The notes under the pieces were generated by a model. The model saw only the letters and a list, made by a program, of their open reading frames with translations. It was not told the origin of the DNA and did no database searches. Position numbers and translations under genes: made by a program. From the IMG/VR virus record IMGVR_UViG_3300045994_000087: 39,287 nucleotides of DNA. The stretch is one strand, 5' to 3'. The DNA comes from a virus. Shown here piece by piece: positions 23,230-30,897 of this stretch; positions within the stretch are counted from its first letter, which is position 1; every line of letters starts with the position of its first letter.

Positions 23230-25502
23230 TGTTGCGCGCAGCTCGTCGGTCTCAATTTAAGAGTGCCACCACGCTTACCAGCGTCAATTCGGTGTATGCC
23301 AGTGCGCTGGCAGCCACCACTTCCGGCCAGTATTTCGGCTGGCTGGACGACAGCGGCAACGTGGCACATATCTATCTCAATAATGCAGGGGTGGGCATTT
23401 ATCAAAGCACCATCCCCTACAATAGCGCAACCCAATCGCTCAATGACATCGCTTCGGCGGTGCGTGCCAATACCAAGCTCAGCCTGCCGGCAACGGGCTT
23501 GCTGGTGGATATTTGCGGCATTGATAGCTATTTTTCTGCACAAGGGAAAATTAAAAACCGCGTCGCGAATGCCGAGCCAGATACCAATTTACTCGGTGTT
23601 TCGCGTGGCGCTGACATCTACAACATGTACGCGCTGGGTACGCCTAGTTCAAATGATTTTACCCCTGCCAATACCTTGGCAACCTACGCGCCAATCGTAG
23701 ATGCTGGCGGCGTGAATCTGAACGCGCTGGGCATCACCCTTCCTGCTACAGCGGGCAGTGGTGCAGGGTTAAACGTTGCCTCCTTGCCGGGGCAGTGGAC
23801 TTACACATTCGATGCCAAAGCGTCGGTGACAGGCATCGCGGGCTACATGGGACACAGCTACATCACGCAAGCGTTGACCACGAGCTGGGCAACCTACAGC
23901 ATCACGCTGAACAATACGACTGCGAACGCCGCTGCTGTGGCATGGCTGATCTACACCACCACCACTGTTGCAGGCGTGGTGAGTATCGACAATGTGCGCA
24001 TCACGCCAGGCGCATCGGCTGGGCTGGTAAGTGGCGCGCCACAAGGGGTTGTGCCACGCCAAACTGTACGCGGCCTGCGCGATATGAAATCCGCTGCTGC
24101 CGCGTTTCACAATGGCATCATCCCGCTTGGCAACACCAACAACTTCGCCTCGTTATCATATTCAATGGCGGTGAAGCGTAGCGAGATTACGAATGGCAAC
24201 TGGGATGTGTTGCTGAATAGCCAAATTCTGTTCAACAACGGTTACCCAGCTATGCGGGATTTTTCTGTTGTTGCATCCGCCCCAATTACGGGCAACACTC
24301 AAGCACTGAAATCAAAAGCATGGTTTATCTATGGCGGCTCAGCCGCCCAGTCTTACCTTTCCCAGATGGTTGATGTTGGCACACAAGATGGATATGTGAT
24401 CGTCTCGGCAGTGATGGGCGCGGCGGGTGCGCGCCTGTACATTGACAATCTACAAGTTGCCAGTTCCACAACCGCTTGGTCTGGATCGGCGATGAAATTC
24501 TTGCAGTTGCTAGGTCAGCGCGGCATCGGAACAGAAAGTTGGGGCGGGAATCTGGCCTCGCTCGTTCTGTATCAAGCGGAACTGAACGATGCCGCGATGC
24601 AGAACCTCATCGCGTTGACAAAACAGCGCATGACCGCGATGGGGCTGACCGTGCAGAAATTCGGCTCAGTTTACATTTCCGAGGGCGATTCTATCGCGGC
24701 AGGTAGTACTGGACCTACTTGGTACGCAGGCTTTGCGGTGCGGCAAAAATACCGTTTTACGCCTACCTTACAGGGCATGAACCTAGCGGTTGGCGGATCG
24801 TCACTCGCTGGGGCTGCCACCAACGCCGCACTGATTTATGTCGGCGCAGCTCCTTGGATGGCTGAGGGCACACGCAAAACCGCCATGCTGGCGCAAATTG
24901 CGTCAGTAGTCGCCAGCGGTCGTCGCCCAATCTGCTCGGTACATATCGGCACAAATGATCTGTTCAATGCCTACACAGGCAAGGCAAACGGTAATCCAGA
25001 CAACCTGAACGGTTCGACCACGCTCGACGCGGCGAATTATCTAGTTGGTGCGGGCGCACTGGCTTGGTATCAAGCCCTACTTGATTATTGCCACGCCCTG
25101 CAACTCGCGGGTGCGAAGGTCGTCGTCTCGACCATCTTGCCGCGTCAAGCGTTTGAGGTGGTGGGCGGTGCGCTGGGTTCAGGGACAATTGCTACCGCGA
25201 ATTGCGACAACATGCGCAAAACGCTTAACCAGCTTATTCGCAGTAAAACTATCCCGTCCGGCATCACAGGTTATGCAGGCGCGCCCTACGATGCGGTCTG
25301 TGATGCCTGCGCGGATGCCGCTTTCGCCAACTACACCGCCGCCGCCTCGACTGTTGCGACCAATACGCCAGCTTCGACGGGAGGAACCGCTGTAGCCGGA
25401 CCGTATCTGCTTGCAGCGGATGGCACGCACCCTACCGATGTGGGACATGAGGTGATGGCGTACTACATGCAACAAGCGATTACCAGCGTATGGGTGGCGT
25501 AA
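23229..25502 (+). CDS. Tailspike / receptor-binding protein with a LamG-like lectin region and a C-terminal SGNH (GDSL) esterase domain
   Basis: Track ORF of 757 aa. SGNH block I is YISEGDSIAAGS, block III is HIGTNDL and block V is ADGTHPTDVGH. GGNLASLVLYQAELNDAAMQNL resembles the end of LamG/ConA-like domains. Confidence 0.7.
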   Translation: MLRAARRSQFKSATTLTSVNSVYASALAATTSGQYFGWLDDSGNVAHIYLNNAGVGIYQSTIPYNSATQSLNDIASAVRANTKLSLPATGLLVDICGIDSYFSAQGKIKNRVANAEPDTNLLGVSRGADIYNMYALGTPSSNDFTPANTLATYAPIVDAGGVNLNALGITLPATAGSGAGLNVASLPGQWTYTFDAKASVTGIAGYMGHSYITQALTTSWATYSITLNNTTANAAAVAWLIYTTTTVAGVVSIDNVRITPGASAGLVSGAPQGVVPRQTVRGLRDMKSAAAAFHNGIIPLGNTNNFASLSYSMAVKRSEITNGNWDVLLNSQILFNNGYPAMRDFSVVASAPITGNTQALKSKAWFIYGGSAAQSYLSQMVDVGTQDGYVIVSAVMGAAGARLYIDNLQVASSTTAWSGSAMKFLQLLGQRGIGTESWGGNLASLVLYQAELNDAAMQNLIALTKQRMTAMGLTVQKFGSVYISEGDSIAAGSTGPTWYAGFAVRQKYRFTPTLQGMNLAVGGSSLAGAATNAALIYVGAAPWMAEGTRKTAMLAQIASVVASGRRPICSVHIGTNDLFNAYTGKANGNPDNLNGSTTLDAANYLVGAGALAWYQALLDYCHALQLAGAKVVVSTILPRQAFEVVGGALGSGTIATANCDNMRKTLNQLIRSKTIPSGITGYAGAPYDAVCDACADAAFANYTAAASTVATNTPASTGGTAVAGPYLLAADGTHPTDVGHEVMAYYMQQAITSVWVA

Positions 25503-25780
25503 TGACCGAAAACCAAAACCGCCGCCAAGCCGACTCTTGGCACTTGGAGAAAAATATCAGCATTGGCCACATCATCACCACCGTGATGGTCGCAATTTCG
25601 CTCATCACATGGGGAATGCACATGGAGACACGAATCGCGCTGGTAGAACACGAGCAGGCCACGGCAAAGGAGGCCGACACGCGCATCGAAACACAGGTGC
25701 GCGAGAGCATCACGCGCATTGAATCGTTACTGGTGCGAATTGACGCGAAACTTGACCAAAAAGTTGATAAAAAACGATAG
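25502..25780 (+). CDS. Membrane protein with one N-terminal TM helix and a charged coiled-coil tail (holin, antiholin or i-spanin-like candidate)
   Basis: Track ORF 25490..25780. ATG 25502 overlaps the tailspike stop as TAATG. The TM segment is ISIGHIITTVMVAISLITWGM and is followed by a Glu/Arg/Lys-rich helix. Confidence 0.6.
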   Translation: MTENQNRRQADSWHLEKNISIGHIITTVMVAISLITWGMHMETRIALVEHEQATAKEADTRIETQVRESITRIESLLVRIDAKLDQKVDKKR

Positions 25781-25788
25781 GAAAAAAC

Positions 25789-26211
25789 ATGGACAAAAAT
25801 CACATTTTGCAATATACCGAATACCGTGAAGATGGTATCTTTGGCTGTTTCCAATTCGCCCAAGATGAACACCCTTTTATGGTCACGCTATCACACGCCT
25901 ACGAGCAAGCTAGTGGCAAGTTCGCGCCGATTGTTCTGCCTGGCGTGTATAAATGCGTGCGCGGCATTCACAGTTTAACCAACGGCGTGCCGTTCGAGAC
26001 TTTCGAGATCACTGGCATCACTGGTCATTCCGGCCTACTATTTCACGCAGGGAACTTCAACAAAGATTCACATGGTTGCACGCTGTGTGGCGTGGACACT
26101 GCAACCATGCCAGATGGTCACTGGATGATTACGCACTCACGCGGCGTGTTTGCGTCTTGGATGGCACACTTGGGCGACGTGCAAGAATTCATGCTGGAAG
26201 TCAAAGGGTGA
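25789..26211 (+). CDS. DUF5675-like protein with a conserved His/Cys pair (endolysin candidate by position)
   Basis: Track ORF of 140 aa. GHSGLLFHAGNFNKDSHGCTLCG matches my recollection of the DUF5675 core (IHxGNxxxDSxGCIxxG). It is flanked by membrane-protein genes. Confidence 0.5.
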   Translation: MDKNHILQYTEYREDGIFGCFQFAQDEHPFMVTLSHAYEQASGKFAPIVLPGVYKCVRGIHSLTNGVPFETFEITGITGHSGLLFHAGNFNKDSHGCTLCGVDTATMPDGHWMITHSRGVFASWMAHLGDVQEFMLEVKG

Positions 26212-26345
26212 AGTACCTAGCTATCGCCCTACTACCCTTCGTGCTGGCAATCTTAGCCAGTGTGCTAGCAACTGGCGCGCTGGCATTGAGTGCAGTCTTC
26301 GCCCTGCGTATCACATTTGGACTTTTCAAGGAGTTTATAAAATGA
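26208..26345 (+). CDS. 45-aa hydrophobic membrane protein (holin or pinholin-like candidate)
   Basis: My own call. GTG 26208 overlaps the upstream TGA as GTGA. The translation is (M)KYLAIALLPFVLAILASVLATGALALSAVFALRITFGLFKEFIK, and its stop overlaps the next ATG as ATGA at 26342-26345. It is in frame with the tail of track ORF 25953..26345. Confidence 0.45.
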   Translation: MKYLAIALLPFVLAILASVLATGALALSAVFALRITFGLFKEFIK

Positions 26346-26899
26346 GTTTTGACTTAAAAACTGCAATCGGTAGCTTCGCCCCCACACTCGCCACGATGCT
26401 GGGCGGACCACTTGCCGGAACCGCCGTCAGTGCGCTGTGCGGTGCGTTTGGTCTACCTGATGGGACTGGGCAAGAGGACCTCACAAAAATCATTCAAACA
26501 GGGGAAATGACCCCCGAAATTATCGCCAGCGTGCGCGCTGCCGACCAAAAACATCAAGAAACCCTAGCCCAGCAAGGCATTGACCTTGCCAAACTAAACG
26601 CCGATCACGATGCCGCGATGGAAGTCACCGCCGCTGCCGATCGCGGCGATGCGCGCAAAATGCAAATCGCCCAGCCTAGCCTTTGGCCGGGAATACTTTC
26701 AGCTATTACTACCGCTGCCGTGCTCGGCGTAATAGCTGCCAGAATGTTCGGCGCAACCCTGCCCAATGACAGCACTACCATTCAGCTCATCGGATCACTC
26801 ACTACCGGGTGGGGGATCTGCATGGCCTATTGGTTCGGCACGACTCGCAGCTCACAAGAGAAAAATAACCTTTTGGCTCAATCCACGCCCAGCAAATAA
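26342..26899 (+). CDS. Membrane protein resembling the 3-TM GTA-type holin family (DUF3154-like)
   Basis: Track ORF 26150..26899. ATG 26342 gives MSFDLKTAIGSFAPTLATMLGGPLAGTAV.... There is a central charged segment (DRGDARKMQ) followed by hydrophobic helices (LWPGILSAITTAAVLGVIAARMF, LIGSLTTGWGICMAYWFG). Confidence 0.5.
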   Translation: MSFDLKTAIGSFAPTLATMLGGPLAGTAVSALCGAFGLPDGTGQEDLTKIIQTGEMTPEIIASVRAADQKHQETLAQQGIDLAKLNADHDAAMEVTAAADRGDARKMQIAQPSLWPGILSAITTAAVLGVIAARMFGATLPNDSTTIQLIGSLTTGWGICMAYWFGTTRSSQEKNNLLAQSTPSK

Positions 26900-26992
26900 C
26901 TATCATTCCCGCGCATCCGAACATCCCTACGGTCAACAGGGGCATAAGAAATGCTGCAGGGACTTACAGGAACCATGCAGGATTGAAAAGAA

Positions 26993-27025
26993 AGGCCTAG
27001 CTAGTACTTACTACTAGTTAGGCCT
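26993..27025. terminator. Hairpin at the convergence point of the two arms (bidirectional terminator candidate)
   Basis: aggcctagctagta (26993-27006), loop cttac, then tactagttaggcct (27012-27025), giving 13 of 14 bp paired. On the minus strand it is followed by TCTTTTC and on the plus strand by AGTTGTTG. Confidence 0.6.
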
Positions 27026-27065
27026 TAGTTGTTGCCCTCGGGTCATCCCTGAGGCTCAAGTTTGA

Positions 27066-27539
27066 TCAAAGTTCCACAAGAAGCTGCTCCCAAGCCCTCC
27101 CGGCACCAGTCCACAAGTCTTTGGCTGCCGAGTGAGGGTATTCTTCCACATAGACGATCCGCTGGCAGCTCGTGTTCAGCAGCAGCTTGCAACAGGTCGT
27201 GCACGGGCTGGCTGTCACGTAGGCCGTGTGGATCGCGTACATGTCTCGGCACTGCATCAAAGCATTCTGCTCGGCATGGATCGCTTGGCAGGAATCGAGG
27301 TTCGTGCCGCTTGGTGCGTTCCAACCAGAGCAGGCGTGAGGATGTCCGCCACTGAGATGGTAGGCTGTATCAACATCGTTGCAGTGAGGGAGCCCAGCCG
27401 CGACGCCGTTGTACCCTGTTGAGAGCACATGGCCACGGGCACTCAGCAAGACACACCCTACGGCACGACGGCAACAGGTCGTTCTTTGAGCAGTCAACAA
27501 GGCCAGTTGGAGGGCCCATTTGTCGCGGCTGAGTCTCAT
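27066..27539 (-). CDS. dCMP deaminase (cytidine/deoxycytidylate deaminase family)
   Basis: Track ORF 27066..27584. ATG 27539 follows the upstream stop (TAAtATG). Zinc motifs HAEQNAL and PCTTCCKLL are present. Confidence 0.85.
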   Translation of the reverse strand: MRLSRDKWALQLALLTAQRTTCCRRAVGCVLLSARGHVLSTGYNGVAAGLPHCNDVDTAYHLSGGHPHACSGWNAPSGTNLDSCQAIHAEQNALMQCRDMYAIHTAYVTASPCTTCCKLLLNTSCQRIVYVEEYPHSAAKDLWTGAGRAWEQLLVEL

Positions 27540-27540
27540 A

Positions 27541-28323
27541 TTAGTGCTCCCACCAACGAAGGTCGTCACCGACCTTGCTGTCACGCAAAGCTGCCAAGAC
27601 CCTCATCAAGTGCGCCGCATCATTCCAGAGTACCGCCTCAGTCTCAGGTTGTTCAAGCACCTCACTGGCCAAGCACAACTTGGCATCCGCCCAGTTGGTC
27701 TCGTACAGATGGCTTGAAGCTGCCGTCAAGAAGAGACGCCCAGGCTTCACGGCATCATCGAACTTCCGATGCTCGTTCAGCAGACCACAGACCAGGTGGC
27801 TGAGCATGCTGAAGTTGAAGACATCATACGGAACACCAAGCCAGACATCACTTGACCGCATGAACACATGCGTATTGAGCTTGCCACTGCGGATGCTGAA
27901 GAAGATGGCCACGGTGCACGGCACATCTTTGGTCTGCGGTGGGCACTCACGCCAGATGGTCAGGCCAGCTTGACGGCTATCTTCATCGGCCATCAGCTTC
28001 TCGATGATGTAGGGCAGTTGAGTTTTGATCTTTGGACCATACGCCCCAAAGAAGCGTTCACCGTCATCGCTGAAGTCCTTGATGCGGCTGTTGTAAGGCG
28101 AGATGGTCTCGACACGGTCGTCTCCAGACAGGATCCAGAAAGCTTCAGCCGCCATGAACTTGTAGCTCAGACTGCGGTCAGGGATGCGGAGCACTGGGCG
28201 GCGCATGTCAACCACCATGGTGCGTTGTGGCATCTCACGTGTCATCTTGCCGCGTGGCGCAACTGGATCGCCGTTGGTCAGGATGTCATTGATGGTGTCG
28301 AGCCAAGTTTTTGAGAAGTCCAT
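27541..28323 (-). CDS. ThyA-family pyrimidine C5 (hydroxy)methylase, predicted dCMP-specific
   Basis: Track ORF 27541..28329. ATG 28323 has an AAGGA 7 nt upstream. AAEAFWILSG matches the ELLWFLxG block. The catalytic Cys lies in DVPCTVAIFF. FMRSSDVWLGVPYDVFNFS aligns to E. coli ThyA QRSCDVFLGLPFNIASY and places Asp where ThyA has Asn177. Confidence 0.75.
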   Translation of the reverse strand: MDFSKTWLDTINDILTNGDPVAPRGKMTREMPQRTMVVDMRRPVLRIPDRSLSYKFMAAEAFWILSGDDRVETISPYNSRIKDFSDDGERFFGAYGPKIKTQLPYIIEKLMADEDSRQAGLTIWRECPPQTKDVPCTVAIFFSIRSGKLNTHVFMRSSDVWLGVPYDVFNFSMLSHLVCGLLNEHRKFDDAVKPGRLFLTAASSHLYETNWADAKLCLASEVLEQPETEAVLWNDAAHLMRVLAALRDSKVGDDLRWWEH

Positions 28324-28325
28324 GA

Positions 28326-28697
28326 TCAATCCTTTGTGTGAGCGCCAGCAAAGAAGCCAGCATAGTTAATGATGTCCAGCGCCGTGTCACGTAGCCCTTC
28401 GAAGTTTGCGTCTTGGCCACGCATCTCTTTGAGGACCAGTGAGTTAAAGCGCTGTGACTTCGTATGGAGCATCTGAGCATAGCTCACAGCCCCAAATGGG
28501 AAGTACGACGAGCGGTCGATCTTGTGTGGGTCCATGTCCGCAGCACCTTGGTTGTAGTCCTGGCTCTTGCGAACACAGAGCAGAGCTGCTTCGGCCAGAG
28601 CGCCTGGATGGCCACCACGAGACTGGAGTTCTTCCAGCAGTTCAACGGTCGAGCATTCTGCCAACTGAGTGGCGGTCAGCAGTGATTTGGTTTTCAT
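28326..28697 (-). CDS. DUF1599-like protein (function unknown)
   Basis: Track ORF 28326..28721. ATG 28697 has an AAGGA 7 nt upstream. KSQDYNQGA...AQMLHTKSQRFNSL...NFEGLRDTALDIINYAGF fits the K-x-x-DY...K-x-x-R...E-x-x-x-D-x-x-x-D-x-x-NY pattern I associate with DUF1599. Confidence 0.5.
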   Translation of the reverse strand: MKTKSLLTATQLAECSTVELLEELQSRGGHPGALAEAALLCVRKSQDYNQGAADMDPHKIDRSSYFPFGAVSYAQMLHTKSQRFNSLVLKEMRGQDANFEGLRDTALDIINYAGFFAGAHTKD

Positions 28698-28714
28698 ATT
28701 AGTTCCTTTACGAG

Positions 28715-29107
28715 TTACCATGACAAAATTTCCTTCAGACGAGATTCAGGACCTACCCAGCCTGCCGGCTTCTTGACATCAAACGCGCTGCCGCGTTTTG
28801 AGTCTTCAGCCTTGGCCACACGTACCTTGGCCATATTAGCAGAATGAACTGCATGCATGCCGGCGTGCCACTGAGCCGGGCTAATGCCAGCAAAGAGTGC
28901 CGTACCATAGGCTACGTAAGCCAGGTCGAGCAGAGCGTCAAAGGCCCCCACCTTGTCACCAGTAGCCAAAGCCTCTTTGAGTTCATCGAGTTCTTCTTGG
29001 AGGAACTTGACGCGAAAGTCCTGCGCGGCAGGGTCTTGCATGAGCATGTCAGTCGTGCCGTTGGGCAGGCCAAACTTCTCATGGAACTTAGTGACATTTT
29101 CAATCAT
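28715..29107 (-). CDS. All-alpha NTP pyrophosphohydrolase (MazG/HisE-like)
   Basis: Track ORF of 130 aa. KFHEKFGLP...RVKFLQEELDELKEA...AFDALLDLAYVAYGTA...VHSANMAKV is typical of phage MazG-like enzymes, with EExxE and D-x-x-x-D acidic helices. The start overlaps the methyltransferase stop as TGATG. Confidence 0.7.
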   Translation of the reverse strand: MIENVTKFHEKFGLPNGTTDMLMQDPAAQDFRVKFLQEELDELKEALATGDKVGAFDALLDLAYVAYGTALFAGISPAQWHAGMHAVHSANMAKVRVAKAEDSKRGSAFDVKKPAGWVGPESRLKEILSW

Positions 29108-29940
29108 CAGAACGGCGCTCCTTTCGTGGCTTTGCGGACAACAGGCTTGGCAGGTTTGCCATCAGCTGCTTTACGGCACACCCACAGGTTGTTGCGGGCA
29201 TGGTCAGGGTAGAGACTGCCAAAGATGTTGCTGATGGCGTCACTGTCGAAGTACTGTTCAAGGCCTTGGCGCACCAACTTGATGGCGTCCAGCATCTTCT
29301 TGCCGTCCATGCCAGGGATCTGAGGCTCAACCTTGCCAATGTGCTTGATGTCCATGAAGGTACCGAAGCGACGCTCAATGATATAGCCAGCCTTCTCAAT
29401 GGATGCCTGCAGCTCAGGCACGGTGTATTCGTGGATGTGGTTCTTGGCATGACGCTTGCCGTCATAGACAGGAGTCGAGAGCAACAAAACACCACCCGGC
29501 TTGGTGGCAGCAAACATGGCTTTGAGCAGATTGGTGCCATGCTCAAACTTCATGTGTTCAATGACCTCGTAATTGACGACGACGTCGAAGCCCTCGGGAC
29601 GTGCCTTCAGAAGTTCCTTGTAGCGCTCAACAAAGTTGAACTCGCCATGAAATGTCAGGCGTTGGGAAGCGGACGGCTTCAGCTTGTTCAGATCGACACC
29701 AGTGTAGTGGTTGACGTGAGCAGCTGCGCCGCCAGTCAGGATCTTGCAGAGCGGTTTGTCTTCGCCGCAACCGACTTCAAGAACGTTGTGCTTGGCCGTG
29801 ATGAAGCGACGAGCAAAGCTCCAGCGCCAGAAGTGGGCTGAGTAGTCACGGTGAAGCGTGCGGCCATGGCCAGCCTCATGCAGTTGTGTGGTGTCGTACT
29901 CGCGGTTGTCGCGGGTAATCTCTTTAGTGGACTTGGTCAT
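29107..29940 (-). CDS. Class I SAM-dependent methyltransferase with a short Lys/Pro/Ala-rich C-terminal tail
   Basis: Track ORF 29107..30069. ATG 29940 has an AAGGAA RBS and avoids overlap with the upstream gene. Motif I is VLEVGCGEDKP, the post-I acidic residue is in YTGVDL, and there is a Methyltransf_11/23-like block DVVVNYEVIEHM...KPGGVLLLSTP. Confidence 0.7.
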   Translation of the reverse strand: MTKSTKEITRDNREYDTTQLHEAGHGRTLHRDYSAHFWRWSFARRFITAKHNVLEVGCGEDKPLCKILTGGAAAHVNHYTGVDLNKLKPSASQRLTFHGEFNFVERYKELLKARPEGFDVVVNYEVIEHMKFEHGTNLLKAMFAATKPGGVLLLSTPVYDGKRHAKNHIHEYTVPELQASIEKAGYIIERRFGTFMDIKHIGKVEPQIPGMDGKKMLDAIKLVRQGLEQYFDSDAISNIFGSLYPDHARNNLWVCRKAADGKPAKPVVRKATKGAPF

Positions 29941-30005
29941 AATAATTCCTTTGCGTGATGGATGCCATTGGTGAGGCGCCTTGTCGGTGGTACCTCGGTG
30001 CCGTG

Positions 30006-30665
30006 CTACTTGGCCACCTTGGCTTCTGGCGGATTGGCACCAGACTTCTTCAGGTGGTTGCGGTACCATTTGACGTAGCCGCGCTTCTTCTCATCCAGAC
30101 CGAACTCGGCTTGGACCTTCTCGAAGATTTGGTCGTCCGTCAATTTGCCCGACATAATCAGATCTTGGAACATCTGAGCTGCCGACATCTTCTTTTCGCC
30201 AGTCTTAGCAGGTTTATCTGCCGGCTTGGCTTTCGCCACTGGGTCGATGGCACGACGTCCTGCGTGGACTTCGGTGGGTTTTGCTGCCGCCTTCTTTGCG
30301 ACAGGCTTCACTGCTTTGACGGCAGCCGGCTTTTCAGCCACGGTTTGCTTCTTGATAGTAGCCATTTCAAGCTCCTGTTTGCTAACGTTGATGATTTGGC
30401 CAAGGTAGTCCATGGCCTCCTTTGTTGCCCCGAGGGTCTGGCTGTAGTTCACAAAGAGCTGACATGCCTTCTCCACCGGGTACCCTTCCATCGGAGTGAA
30501 CCGCTGGTCGAATGACTCCGCTGATGTTGCATGGACATCAAGGCCCATGATAATGTCCAGCGGGATAAACTTAACGAGGTCTACACTACGCTCTACTTGG
30601 ATGCAGGTACGCCTGTTGCGGTCGTAGCATGCCATGATAGCCGGTGCTTGTTTTTTAGTTGCCAT
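30006..30665 (-). CDS. Hypothetical protein (219 aa) with a K/A/P-rich linker and a C-terminal domain paralogous to 31097..31528
   Basis: Track ORF 30006..30707. ATG 30665 has a GGAGAG RBS. The shared block is AGRRAIDPV...SGK...F-LD--KK-Y--WYR---K--G. Confidence 0.65.
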   Translation of the reverse strand: MATKKQAPAIMACYDRNRRTCIQVERSVDLVKFIPLDIIMGLDVHATSAESFDQRFTPMEGYPVEKACQLFVNYSQTLGATKEAMDYLGQIINVSKQELEMATIKKQTVAEKPAAVKAVKPVAKKAAAKPTEVHAGRRAIDPVAKAKPADKPAKTGEKKMSAAQMFQDLIMSGKLTDDQIFEKVQAEFGLDEKKRGYVKWYRNHLKKSGANPPEAKVAK

Positions 30666-30897
30666 TTTTCTCTCCAGATAGTTTGTCAGCAATGACGGAC
30701 AGTTCAAGAAGGCCTTGCATCAAGACCTTGGCTTCAGGCCAGTACTGTGGTCCGTAGACCTGCCAGTGAATATGCACTATGCCACTCTTCTTGCTCACAA
30801 GAGCACGCCTGCCGCCGTCAATATACAGCTGGAAGCGAATCTCATCGTACGCGCTTTCGTCAACAATCTCGATGGTGTCTGGGTTGCTGAAGGTCAT
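30655..30897 (-). CDS. Hypothetical protein (80 aa)
   Basis: Track ORF 30655..30903. ATG 30897 forms an ATGA overlap with the upstream stop and has a GGAGAA 5 nt upstream. Confidence 0.55.
   Translation of the reverse strand: MTFSNPDTIEIVDESAYDEIRFQLYIDGGRRALVSKKSGIVHIHWQVYGPQYWPEAKVLMQGLLELSVIADKLSGEKNGN

Noticed and set aside
26766-27017. Plus-strand ORF 26766..27017 running through the convergent terminator
   Set aside because: It is out of frame within the holin-like gene and reads through the hairpin at 26993-27025. It has no RBS.
28715-29107. Possibility that the MazG/HisE-like gene is MazZ of a 2-aminoadenine (Z-genome) pathway
   Set aside because: There is no PurZ (adenylosuccinate-synthetase-like) or DatZ-like ORF anywhere in the genome. 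The neighbours are pyrimidine enzymes (ThyA-like, dCMP deaminase).
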